Below, in pieces: positions 26,720 to 39,379 of a stretch of 64,000 nucleotides of DNA. The stretch lies in contig NC_043010.1 of the NCBI RefSeq assembly GCF_006345805.1, forward strand, positions 3,968,001 through 4,032,000, in the 5' to 3' direction. The stretch is from Octopus sinensis. Lineage: Eukaryota. The number at the start of each line of letters is the position of its first letter. The stretch's first letter is position 1. Below the pieces are notes generated by a model. The model had not been told where the DNA came from. It searched no databases and was given only the letters and a program-made list of their open reading frames with translations. The translations under genes were made by a program, and so were the position numbers.

Positions 26720-27780
26720 AAGACAGCCTCCTCTCACTAGAGTCACTCAATGAACCCCACAAATTTAGGATCACCCTGACCACCATGGGTACAAGCCCTA
26801 GCCCAACTGTTTTTATCCAGTTTAATAGGGCCTGCTTAGAGTAGTTCCATTCACCTAGAGCATTCTGCTAGTCACCTGCTTTTTGACTAATTCGCTGTGG
26901 AAGAGTTTGTTCTTATACACCCTCCCCAATAAAAGCTCAGCCAAAGAGGAAAGTGCCTGTCCTCAATACTTTCAACTTTACTGCACAACTTCTTATGCAA
27001 AAGCTGCTGGATGGAAGGACTGCTGCTTCACCTTGTTGAAGGGGAGTACTGATGTCATCCTCACAATAAACTTGACCAATAGCCAAATCTGTCTGAGACA
27101 TGACAATTGTTGTTCAACCTAACTCCATAAGTCAACAATCATTTAACATTGGACATTTGAATGCAGTAAGGTTTTGTTATTCTGCATGCATTCTGGATGG
27201 TCCTGCTTGGCAGCATTTCAGTGTCTGTAGTGTTGATGTCAGACTGGTAATGACCCTTTGTAGCACTGGCAGGCCAAGGATTTCTGAAAATTATCCATAT
27301 GTAGTCTGACCTGTGGAATGTGTCCCTTCCACAGGAAGCAGAACAGATGCCCTAATTTGACCAAACAGTAACTGGAACAAAGAACAAATAGTCAAGCAGT
27401 AAGGTAGGACAGATGTGATGTAAGCATTTGTCACCTCTGCTTGATCTTTCAGAGATGGCTTCCTCTCAGCTTATTTCTGTTCATAACCCAATCCTAGTTT
27501 CTCTCTATGTGGAGGTCTAGACCCTGAGTAGTTTAATGTGTCCATCTGTCCAGCAATCGACAAAACTGTTCGATACCATAAACTGCCTTCTCTTGGTACT
27601 GAGATGCAAGCCCACAGACTTATCTAGATTTATTTTTGCTCCTGCTATTGCCTTATATTCATTTAGAATAGAACTGGGTTCTTCCACTTATGTGGCATCT
27701 GACACAACTACAACTGTCCCAGCTTGAAAAAGATACTCCTCAGAAGTTCTAGATTCTACCATACTGGCACAAGAGCCAGC
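26720..27780 (-). mobile_element. Decayed L1/Tx1-type LINE fragment (post-RT region)
   Basis: Minus-strand translation with stops and shifts: ILNEYKAIAGAKINLDKSVGL, WTDGHIKLLRV, SLKDQAEVTNAYITSVLPYCLT, LFCFLWKG. The lower boundary is uncertain. Confidence 0.65.
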
Positions 27781-28099
27781 AGCAATAGAGCAGATGAGAG
27801 GGGACAATCCTAACAAGGGTATAATTTTGCTGAGAAGGATGGAATCAATTGGGTTGGCTTTGGTACATGTTTGGTGCTTATTTTAGTTACCCAGCTGGGA
27901 TGAAAAGTAAAGTTGATTCTAGTGAGATTTGAGCTCAGAATGTAGTAAAATATAACTAAATATTGGTAACCATTTTTTATGCTTTACTCTTTCTGTTATT
28001 CACTCATATCTCTGGAATATTGCAACAGTGTAACTCAAATAAAAGTATTTCTAAACAATAACAATGGTGAAAGTCAAAGAAAAGAAAATATATAAAATA

Positions 28100-28504
28100 G
28101 GTGCAGGAGTGGCTGTGTGGTAAGTAGCTTGCTACCCGACCACATGGTTCCGGGTTCAGTCCCACTGCGTGGCATCTTGGGCAAGTGTCTTCTGCTATAG
28201 CCTCGGGCTGACCAAAGCCTTGTGAGTGGATTTGGTAGACAGAAACTGAAAGAAGCCTGTCGTATATATTTATATATATATATATGTATGTGTGTGTATG
28301 TGTTTGTGTGTCTGTGTTTGTCCCCCTAGCATTGCTTTACAACTGATGCTGGTGTGTTTACGTCCCCGTCACTTAGCGGTTCGGCAAAAGAGACCGATAG
28401 AAAAAGTACTGGGCTTACAAAGAATAAGTCCTGGGGTCGATTTGCTCAACTAAAGGCGGTGCTCCAGCATGGCCGCAGTCAAATGACTGAAACAAGTAAA
28501 AGAG
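28100..28504 (+). mobile_element. SINE family A, full length
   Basis: A/B boxes, CORE-like motif, tail gaaacaagtaaaagag. Confidence 0.9.
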
Positions 28505-29929
28505 TATATGAGGAACATAAAATGGGTGCATATTCTGATATGGCAAAAAGAAACTGCTGTAACACTACACTAACCAATGGGCCTCTAGTTTAGCCCTATG
28601 TTAACCCTGCTTCTGCAGGTTTATGATGAACAGCATTTCATCCATGACCATCCTGAAATTTATCCATAGAGACAGTGTGTCTAAGAATAAATATACCATT
28701 TCAAAATGATGATAAGATGTGATTTTCAAGTGCTTTAGTTACTATTTCTGGTTGGCTGAGCGACCATGTAGAGGCTCCTTTATTCTCTGAAGCTGATGAG
28801 ATACACACTAATTTCATGCTGAGGTCAACTGAGTCAACAGAACCTATCCTAAAAAAATATTTACCTTTATGTCACAGTTAGTTTAGGAGGAGAGGAAGGG
28901 AGGGAGAGAGAAGAGAAAAGAACGAGAGAGACATAGAGAGCTCTGAATACAAGATTATATTTAGACAGTAATAAATGATTGACTTTAAGTGATATAAGAC
29001 ACATAGCTTTTGGAAAACAGAACTAAAAGAAATCAAACAAGTCATCGAATGACACTTAGCTTCAAAGAGATAAAAGAAAAACATTGCACTAAAACCAAAG
29101 CATTCCATACCTATAAATACATCTGGTCTAATAGAAATAAGAATGATATCTTTTACAAAGCCCAAAGTACAGGAACTATTCGGAAATTAATAAATCTGAA
29201 AAACGAACTCAATCATAGAAGTAAAAAAAAAAAAAAAGAAAATGAGATTAAAGAAAATATTAAATTCAAACTCAAAGAAGTAAGGATGACCACAATTAAT
29301 GATTGATAAGTTATTCCCCAGATCCCACTCAAGAATAGGAATAGATAGGCTATAAAACATTCAAACACAGCTCTTCAGTAAATTACTCTGTTCACTTTAA
29401 AAGCTATGAACATAAATCAAATCAGCATAATCCATTATATAACTACTTTGATATTAAGAGAATATGCAATCTCAGAATGTAAAATAAAAACAAAATAATG
29501 ACAGATGCAAAGAAACCAAAATGGAATATTAGAATACTAAATAGAATCAAGAGAGTGAGAAGAGACCTATTTTTATTGCAGAATTGAAAGATCAGAATTC
29601 ATGCATAGTTAACAGAGCAAAAAGGAAAAAGGCTCAGTGAAAGTATTAATAAAACATATAAAAATACCAGGAAATCTAAAACAATAGTTACGTGCTAAAG
29701 CCTAGAGGATAAGAATATATTGTGACAGGTAAAACAATAGGCATAAACAAGGCATTTAGAGGAGAACTAGCAGTAATCCTAGTGGCAAATAAACTAAGGT
29801 AATATAAATGTACCGTACCTTCCATCAGCAGATTATTTGAAAAATTTCTTTGATGTATATTAGAAAGAGAAAAAAATATAACAATCATGCTCAATGGATA
29901 GACTTTGTAGAGACTAAATAAGGTAAGAC

Positions 29930-30180
29930 ACAGGTTAACTTCTTGGATAACAACCTGCCTGAAAATGTCTCTGGCTCTATGGTATTAACTACCTATTTTA
30001 AATCTTCTTCCATTAAAATTTCCTACTAATTTATGTTCCAAACACCTGCTTAATAACAACAAAGTTATATTAAGTTCTTCCTTATTTTCAAACTAATTAA
30101 AACGAAAGTTGTAACAAAAGTACTAAAATATGAATTAAACTAGGTAGACTTCAACAAAGCATTGAAAGGCAGAGGGAAGA
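29930..30180 (+). mobile_element. Possible highly decayed Penelope-like RT C-terminal fragment
   Basis: Only short motifs VNFLD and FNKALKGRG in appropriate order. Confidence 0.25.
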
Positions 30181-30794
30181 GTCCCAAACTTGTAGAATAG
30201 AATTTAAATATCTGGTAGTGGAGTTCAACTAAATTATCGAAATCCTTACATCAGATCCAGAGTGACTTTCATTAATGTAGAAATCAGAAGATACTACAAC
30301 TCAAAGAATTTCAGACATATTACATTTCTATCTCATGCTTTAAAAATCATGTTCTCAAATAACCACAAACCAGATATACTCATACTTGGTGAACAATAGC
30401 CTCCAACCATTAGAAACAAAAAGGTTGCAGAAGGTCATATGGTTGTAAGGACCAGCTAAAGGTCAATAAAATGTTATTGAATGACTAAATGAAAAATAAA
30501 AAGAAAGATAAGCACACACAGCATGTGCATATTGCAAAAGAACATATGAGATTGTCTCTAATTACTTGCTTGTTTTAGAGCCATGGTTCTCTATAAGATT
30601 CTAGAAAATTAAAGTAAAAGAGAGCAAGAGGAACAAATGGATAACTACATTTGTTCTAAAGAACAAAAATATATGGGTTATCCTCAAACCAGATCAGATT
30701 TAGGGATGGAATATTCTAGGCACATTCTCTATTACTCATCCTTTTATGTATGGTCGTAGTCACCTTAAATGAATTGCTTAATTGTGTAGTTTTA

Positions 30795-31400
30795 TGAAAT
30801 CAACTGCCTCCTGTGCATGGATGAAAAAGTTTTGCAGCTAACTAGAGTCCTTGTACCGAACAATTAAAAAAATTCAATGATGGCATCTAGCCTAGATAAA
30901 TGTGTTAGAACCACATTCTAAAACGGAAATTTGGCAGAGTTACAGTAGGAAAGCAAGATGGACTGCATCTCTTGTATGTTATTCAACAACTTGAACTGCA
31001 AGGTGCATATAGGTATATAGAAGTTCAGGTGGAAAACCAAATCAAATATCAAGAAATGAAATCTATTATTAGAAAGGAACTCTGCCAAAGGATGCAATGA
31101 AATATGTGCAATAAGTTAAATGTAAAGAACAAGATTGAAGCCATGAATACAATTGCTATTCTTTCAGTATTGTCCTCTTCAATATTATTAGACAACCATG
31201 AGGTAAAATAATTTCATACAATATCTTGAATTCTGCTTATTATGCACAAAGCTTGTTACCCAAAAGATGTTTTGATGTACTGGATTTAGGTAAACCTACC
31301 AAATAAAAGTAAGGGTTTAGTTCAAACAAAAGTTAGTTTTAAGACAGCTACAGTTTGACAATACATTCATAGAAGCTTCTAAAATCAGCAAGCCATCAGT
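30795..31400 (+). mobile_element. Decayed Dong/R4-type LINE RT fragment
   Basis: INCLLCMDE (cf. HLLYMDD), SSLDKCVRTTF*NGNL (cf. FGLDKCAKATF), AYRYIEV, MKSIIRKELCQRM, KLNVKNKIEAMNTIAI, MHKACYPKD...KGLVQ. Confidence 0.65.
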
Positions 31401-32763
31401 TGGGCCTCTGGGGTTGCTTGATTTGCTATAAATATCAATCAAATTCTTTCAAGTTTCAAGTGTTGAAAATCAAAGAAAGCAGTAAACAATATAGTCTTCA
31501 ATGTACAAAAAGATAGGTTGGTCAAGACTGCAATGCTTTTAGCTATAAGTCTATGCAATCAGAGATCTGACACTAAGCTTCAATAACCAGTTCACAAACA
31601 TAAAGTGTTTGAGTTATATTTTTCCTATAAGATAACAACAAATATATTACGTCAGATGTGTTGTATAAAAGGAAAATAATAATAGTCCTTTCTACTATAG
31701 GTACAAGGCCTGAAATTTGGGGGGAGGGTGCTAATTGACTACATTCGCTCCAGTACTTAACTGATACATTTTTTTATCGATCTTAAAAGGATGAAGGGCA
31801 AAATCAACCCTCGGTGGAATTTGAACTTAGAACACAAAAATAAATTAAATACTGCTTGCTCAATTATCCTAGTAATTGTTTCTAACATAGAAAGAGGGAC
31901 AGTAATTTAAGTGGGAGAGCAGTTAGTGAATCAAATTGACTTCAATATTTCATGAGTACTTTATTGACCCCAAAGGGATGAATTGCAAAGTTGACTGTGG
32001 AGGGATTTGGACTCAGAACATAAAGAGCTGGAACAAAGAGGTGCAAGGTATTTTGAGCAATGCTCTAATGATTCTGTGAGTTCACCATCCTTTGTTTCTA
32101 ACTTGGGCACAAAGTCAGTAATTACACTGACAGTCCCACCTCTATTCCAGTAAATGAGTGGCACTTTATTTTATCAACCTCAAATGGATGAAAATCAAAG
32201 GTGACCTCTGTGGGATTTGAACTCAAAATGTAGAGAGTTGAGACAAATACCATGTGGTATTTGGTCTGATGCTCTGATGATTCTGTTAAGCATTAAAGTA
32301 ACAAGCAGATAAAAAGTTTTAAAATAGCTTATAAAATTATAGGATACTGAACAGAGAAATCTGTGAACACAGACTAATGGAGGTATCAAACTCTTTTGTC
32401 TTACAAGCCCAAGTTTAAAAAGGAAAAGAGAATTGACAATTTCAGAACAAGGCCAATGCATCAACTCCAAACACTACAAGATGACAATCCTAAAAATGAA
32501 AATTGATTTTATATGATGAGGAAACCTAAAATGCATCTTCTAGATATCAGCATTAATGGTTGAGCTAGAGAAGAGTGTTTTGTTGATATAACTACATTTT
32601 CTGGACTGTACAAGAGTGGAATGAATAACGAAATAAGGTTGTTTAATTTCAGTCTCTTCTGTTGTTAGACTAAAATATAACAAAATAGAAATTGATGCAA
32701 AACATGACTGAAGAATGAGTAGGAAATATATTTCTAATAACAGGAGCCTTAAGAGCTATATAT

Positions 32764-32832
<69 letters not shown>

Positions 32833-32833
<1 letters not shown>

Positions 32834-32943
32834 CATTCGACTCACTAGAAAGAGCAGCCAAACGTTTTTATTTCTCTTTCTATTTCAGAGTTACAACTAT
32901 TTAGCGGTTTGAGTTTAGCTGCTCTTTCTAGTGAGTCGAATGT
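32833..32943. repeat. 26-bp perfect inverted repeat (about 31 bp with one mismatch) around a 50-60 nt spacer
   Basis: acattcgactcactagaaagagcagc (32833-32858) / gctgctctttctagtgagtcgaatgt (32918-32943). Confidence 0.9.
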
Positions 32944-33190
32944 CCTATTATGGCCATTCCTTATATTGTTGAATGTATATTATATAGTCTTTGACTATCT
33001 TTTCTTTCTCACTAGACCGCTGGTGGCGGAGAATTTATTCTAGAATTTTCTGCTACCCTTATATTTATTAATATATACACATATATATATATATTTATAT
33101 AGATATGTTAAAAAATCAAAAGAATGCAGAGAAAAAGACAAAGCATTGCTAGGCACAACTGATGGTCTGCACAAGACTTTCTTCATGAAA

Positions 33191-33262
33191 TCAATACAGG
33201 AAGCACATTAATACAAACAACTTAGCAAGAAGCTCTGATAAATAGAGATGATCTGAAGTTAC
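33191..33262 (-). other. PCDH: Candidate short terminal coding exon (VTSDHLYLSELLAKLFVLMCFLY*) after a 72-nt intron (33334-33263)
   Basis: Strong pyrimidine tract and acceptor ttttttattttcAG|GTAACT; minus-strand AATAAA at 33069-33064 and 33039-33034. Confidence 0.45.
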
Positions 33263-35712
33263 CTGAAAATAAAAAATAAAAAATGTCCAGGTATACATAC
33301 AAGCATGTGCAAACAGGATGGTGAAATAACCTACCTGATGTGATCGTTGAGCCATGTTATATGACTGTTTTATAGAAGATGCTCCTTTCAGGCTATGAAC
33401 TGACTTGTATTCGGATTGTGGTTGAGATTTCTGTAATGTTGTTTGAGAATGTCTATGGCCACCATGGTCTGTAACCATTGCTACAGGAACATCATACGGA
33501 TTTCTTTCGTCAAAATATTTGTTTGGGTCATTTATAGCTTCATTGCATCTGATGTTCCTTTGGTTGTTTTTATGAATCATACATACTGCCATAGAAATCA
33601 CAATTGCAACTGATATAATCACAGCTGCTACAACAATGATAACTACTAGATTGATATGTATCTTGTGGTCAGACTTTTTATCAACAGATGTAAACATTTT
33701 GGCTGTGTTGTTGCTAACAGTCAATATCAAAGACAGTGTTGTTGTGGCAGATAGAATCGGACTACCACTGTCCTTTACGCTAAGCTTCAAGTTGTATGAT
33801 CCAGCATCGTTTTGGTAAACCGTGCGAGAGAACGACAATACTCCTGTGTAATGATTTACTGTGAATAATTCTTTGTTATTGCCACCAATTATTTCATATC
33901 TAAGGAAAGCATTGACATGACTGTCTCTGTCAGAAGCTCTCAATACTGTCACCTCGTTGTTACTTTGAGGTTGGTAGTGAACATCTAGACTGAATGGGTC
34001 AACACTTGGAAAGGTAAAATAGGGAGCATTGTCATTTTTATCCATTACCTCCACTATGACATTTGCTGTATTGTTGAGAGATGGTATTCCATTGTCTTTT
34101 ATTAAAACTTGAAATTTATAAATATCCATTTTTTCATGATCAAGTGGCTCTGAAGTTGAAATAAATCCAAAATTCGAAATAACAAAAGGAAGATCATGAA
34201 TTCCTTTACTTAAGAGAAAATATGAAAGTTGACCTCCAGCTCCTAAGTCTGGGTCTGAGGCATTAATAAAACCAACTGGAAAATTTGATTTCTCGTTTTC
34301 ATATGTGAGAAATTTGAATGTATCTTTTGTGAATTGTGGCTGTACATCATTGACATCAGTCACTTGAATATTGAACTTTCTTTCAGTTCTGAGAGGTGGC
34401 GATCCTTTGTCCTGACAACTAATCATAAAATCAATATAGCTCTCTGATTCCCTGTCTACAGGGTTTTTTAAAACAACTTTGTATTTTTTTCTTCCAAGCT
34501 TTTGAAGCTGTAGTTTATCATGGTTGAGATCACATACCACTTCTCCATTTTGATTGACATCATTGTCACTTACTTTCACATAAGCAATAAAACTATTGGT
34601 TTTGACACCTTCAGAAATTGTTGTTATATTGCCTATTGGCTCAGAGACAAACTTGACATCAAGACTTGGAGCATTATTTTGTCTGTTTATTATGTTCACA
34701 AGAACCATTGCAGTAGAGCTCAAGGGTATACTTCCTTTATCAATGGCTTCAATAAATAATTTGTATGTTTTTCTCTTGTGAATGGAAAATTTCTAGCTAA
34801 GAAAATCTTGCCTGATGTTTCATTTAAGTAAAATAATGTTTTTGCAAAATCGGAAGTTTTTGAACTGAAATAGTATGAAACTTTTCCATTTTCACCCGAA
34901 TCTAAATCTGTAGCATATACTGTAACAATTGGTGTGTATATGTCTTGTCTGTTGTTAATGGAGACATTATAAACGTTTTTGGAGAAAACTGGTTGATTGT
35001 CATTCTCATCAGTGACAGATACATGAATGGTTAAAATACCCTGGTGTGATGGAGTACCATCATCTTTAGCAATCACTTGAAGTGTATAAGTGGAATTTAT
35101 TTCTCGGTCAAGTTTCCTTTGTAAAATGATATCAAGTTTAGAGGTGCCATCAATTTTTTTCTTAACTAACAATATAAACGGATCATTGACATTATTTTCT
35201 AGATGATATGTAATTTGAGAATTTAGAAAACCAACATCTTTATCTGTAGCACTTGGAAGTGTTATCTTCGTACCTTTTCCATCTCTCTCCGAGAATTGCA
35301 TGTCAACTGTTTTAACTGGAAATTCTGGCTGGTGATCATTAACATCATCAATAATAACTTTTACTTCAATGACCTTCACAAAAGATTCTTTATGCCGAAC
35401 AGCTACTTCCACTATTTTGAAACATTCTGTGTGGTATTTACAAAGTGACTCAGCGTCAAGCATTTGAGAGGTATACATCATTCCATTTTTGCCAACCTTA
35501 AACATTGGAGCATTTCCACTGAGACTCTCATGGAGTCTGCTGAATGTAATCCTATTTAATTCTTCAGCATGAAAGCTGTTGTAGAGATGTGCATCAGAAG
35601 CTATGTTTCCTACCAGGGTATCAGGATTCTGACCCTCTTTCACATGGTAGGTAATGTCTATACATACTGATGTATTCAACATGATCACTAGTAAAAATAG
35701 TGTTATTGACAT
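33191..35712 (-). CDS. PCDH: Protocadherin (signal peptide, 6 cadherin repeats, TM, short cytoplasmic tail), split into two overlapping ORFs by one net -1 frameshift in EC3; intact gene with an assembly indel, or a pseudogene
   Basis: ORF 34720-35712 gives signal MSITLFLLVIMLNTSVC, EC1 with the protocadherin C-X5-C motif (LCKYHTECF), DVNDHQP, LDRE and DENDNQP. ORF 33191-34723 and its upstream in-frame extension (KTYKLFIEAIDKG) give EC3 end to EC6 (VDRE, DVNDVQP, LDHE, DKNDNAP), TM INLVVIIVVAAVIISVAIVISMAVCMI and a basic juxtamembrane segment. The CDS from 35712 to the donor at 33335 is 2378 nt, one base short of 793 codons. Confidence 0.95.
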
Positions 35713-35780
35713 GTCTTGAACGTCAAATCTTGCCTGTGCTGTTGTTCTGTCACTGAAGTTAACTCTGAATAATTTTCAAT
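33335..35780 (-). other. PCDH: Predicted large ectodomain+TM exon of the protocadherin, with splice sites
   Basis: Minus-strand acceptor ttttcaatttcAG|ATTG (AG at 35782-35781), 68-nt ATG-free leader, then gacATGt at 35712; phase-0 donor CAG|GTAGGT at 33335/33334. Confidence 0.75.
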
Positions 35781-36306
35781 CTGAAATTGAAAATAATTAG
35801 CTTTGAAATAAATGTAAATAAACAGTAAAAAATAAAAGACACAAAATATAACCAGCAAATAAATAAACACAAAAAAATATATGACGAAATATTTCCAATC
35901 TATCAAATTGAAATGTACTATCTTCTGGAAAATGAATTCTACTAACATTACTCTGTAATTATTAAAGGAATTTAAAACCTATTTCAGCTAACACTCCATA
36001 GGAAACAGAAGAAAAAAAGTAATTATCTTGGGGATGTCTTATAAACATCTCATTTAGTTTGTAAGCTGAAAACAGAAAGAAGCTTAAAGAGAAAGGAACC
36101 TCAAAGTTATTGAGAAGAGATAAAGATTGAATTCTATAAGAGAAGGAAAATGACTTGAATAGAATAATATATGTATCAGTGTATGCATAACTATAGAGTT
36201 ATATATATATACATATATATATATATATACTCACATACACATTTGTACATTTATATACATACATCTTCAATCATACACAGATATTGCATATATGTATATA
36301 TATATA

Positions 36307-36344
<38 letters not shown>

Positions 36345-37181
36345 GTATATACAAATACACATGCATATGTATATATAAAAGAGGATAAACAAAAGCACAC
36401 AAAGATATTTAAAAGAAGAGAAAAATAACAGAAATAAGGAAACACAGAGTAGTTAGATTAAGAGCAGACGTGATGCTTAAGTGGAGTGAAGAAGAAAAAG
36501 TCTCTGGTGAATTCACTTTGAAAGTATGTATTTGCCAAGATGGTTAATGGATTGCTGCCATAGAAATCCGCTGAGTGGCTTTGCTGTCAGTGGAAAATGG
36601 CAGTAGAAGGCATTATTAGCCACTGAGATATATGAGGAAGTAAGAAGTACATCCTAATCCTTCTGGGTCAAAGATGGCAAGGTTAGCATGAAAGAAGATA
36701 AATATTTTTTTGTATACAGCAAAAGAACCCTCACAGGGACAGTAGGTTGCCAAGGAAACATGTTAGGCTAACAAAGAAGCTGGAATGGTCTCAAAACATT
36801 CATGATAAAATTGCTTTTCCTTTCTTATATTCTTTGCCTTTTTTTTTCCTTATTTCCTTTTACTTTCTTTTTTTTTCTTTCTTATTTTGTTTTCTTTCTT
36901 TTTTTCCCCCATTTTTCCAGTTATTCTTTGTATTTGTGGTAGATATAGTCTTCCATAGATTCTCTCAGATCAAGTTTAATTATACCAGTTGGCAGGTTTT
37001 CTTCCTGACAATCATACATTTTTGATTAACATTTACAATAAAAGAATATTCTGCTTGAAAACAAAGACTTTTGTCAACTATCTAGTTGAGTTAATTAAAC
37101 CTACCATCTAGACTTTACTTCTTTCTAAGATAACATTTTTTGAATATGACACACACACACACTTATATATGTATATATCTT

Positions 37182-37251
<70 letters not shown>

Positions 37252-37559
37252 TGTAGATGTAGATATTGCACCATTGTTTTCTAAGATATCATGCTTAAAA
37301 TTCTCAAAATTAAAAAAATAAAACAATATCTTGCATTCTTTAGGTTTATGTTGTCACGTATAAGATTATTTTCTAATATCACTTTAAAAATTAACCTTCA
37401 TTAATCAAGAATTTTTGAAATAATCATTTACATGTAATGACATTACAAACAGATAACATGCTTCATCCAATTAAATTCTCACATTGTGTATGTGGGTGGG
37501 TGGGTGCATATTTGCGTGTGCTTGCAAAATGCTTAAAATAAATAAACAAAAGTAATTGA

Positions 37560-37607
<48 letters not shown>

Positions 37608-38732
37608 TAAATTTCAGCTTATATATTAATTTATTTTATACATAGCAATGAGCAAGTCATGCACATTAGCTTAATGCAGTATATATTATGCATTTTGAAA
37701 ACTGGCCAGTTTTAGAATGGCAAGCCTATATAATAAACTGAGATTAAGATAAAAAAAAACAATTAAATTAAAAGGAAGAGAAAGAAATTAACAATTCAAG
37801 AACTCATTAAAATAGCAACTTAGTGGGGGGGGGGGGGAATGTAAAGATTTTAGAATCTGGCAAAATACAAAAAAAAGTAAAGATAAGAATGTATGTTGTA
37901 TTTGTGTTTGTGTGTGTGTGTATACATATACATGCATGTGTGTGTATATTTATACATCAACACATACATACACACACATATATATATATATATACACATA
38001 TATGTATATATATATTTATATATATATACACACATATATATATATTCATAAATATAAACATGTATATGTATGTAAAGATATATATATATACACCTATATG
38101 TGTGTGCTTATATACATCAACACGCACACACATATATACACACATATATATATATATGTATATTTATATATACATACATGTATATCTATCTATATATATA
38201 TACTTGCATACATGTATATACATACACACACACACATATATATGTATATACATATATATGTACACACACATACATATATATAGATATGTATATATATACA
38301 CACATACACATATATGCATATGTATATGTGTATATATATATATATATCTATACACACAAGCACATACCCACACATACATATACATATATATATCTATATA
38401 TATATGTATGTATATTCATACGTATGTATAAGCATACACACATGCACATATATGTATTTATACATACATGGATAGACACTCACACACACACACACATATG
38501 GGCACACAAGGAATCATGTATATGAATAAATATATTTGAATTTGTCCATAGGTAAAACAAAACTGTTTAGATAATTGTATATTATACAGAGGAAAATGAC
38601 AGTGGGCTTCAATGCACACCAAAACATTAAAACAAATTGTGAAAAAAAAGCAACAAACAGACAAAAACTAAATAAGCAAAATAATATTTTAAAAAAAGTG
38701 TTTATCATTCTTTAAGTACAATTAATATAGTT

Positions 38733-38794
<62 letters not shown>

Positions 38795-38984
38795 CATATA
38801 TACATACATATATATGAGACAGATGTGTGTGTGTGTAAATGTATATACACAAACATATAAACATTCTCACAGACACATGTTTATATATATTTTAAATGAT
38901 AATGTACCTAAACTTGAAATATAATGCTATATATATATATATGTGTGTGTGTTAGTGAGCACTCACTTACTCTACACTAGCCTT

Positions 38985-39020
<36 letters not shown>

Positions 39021-39348
39021 TTCACATACATATGTTCATGTGTACGTATATCAAATATATATGTATTGAAAGCACCTATATATATTTGTACTCTCATACA
39101 CTAACACACATACACACATGCACGCACATATGTATTCATGTATTTATCTGTTCATATGGGCATATACATCTGTGTGTGTGTGTGTGGTTGCGTGTGTGTG
39201 TATGTGTGTGTGTGTGTGGCTATAACGTATTCATTAATCTATATACCTTTCTCAAATGTATTTTTCTGTCATTGTACATACAAACATGTGTGCACATACA
39301 TATGCTCAGAAATGCACATACTTTATATATATATACACACTCACCCAC

Positions 39349-39379
<31 letters not shown>

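Noticed and set aside
33636-34781. Plus-strand ORFs overlapping the protocadherin
   Set aside because: Short antisense shadows of the coding exon.
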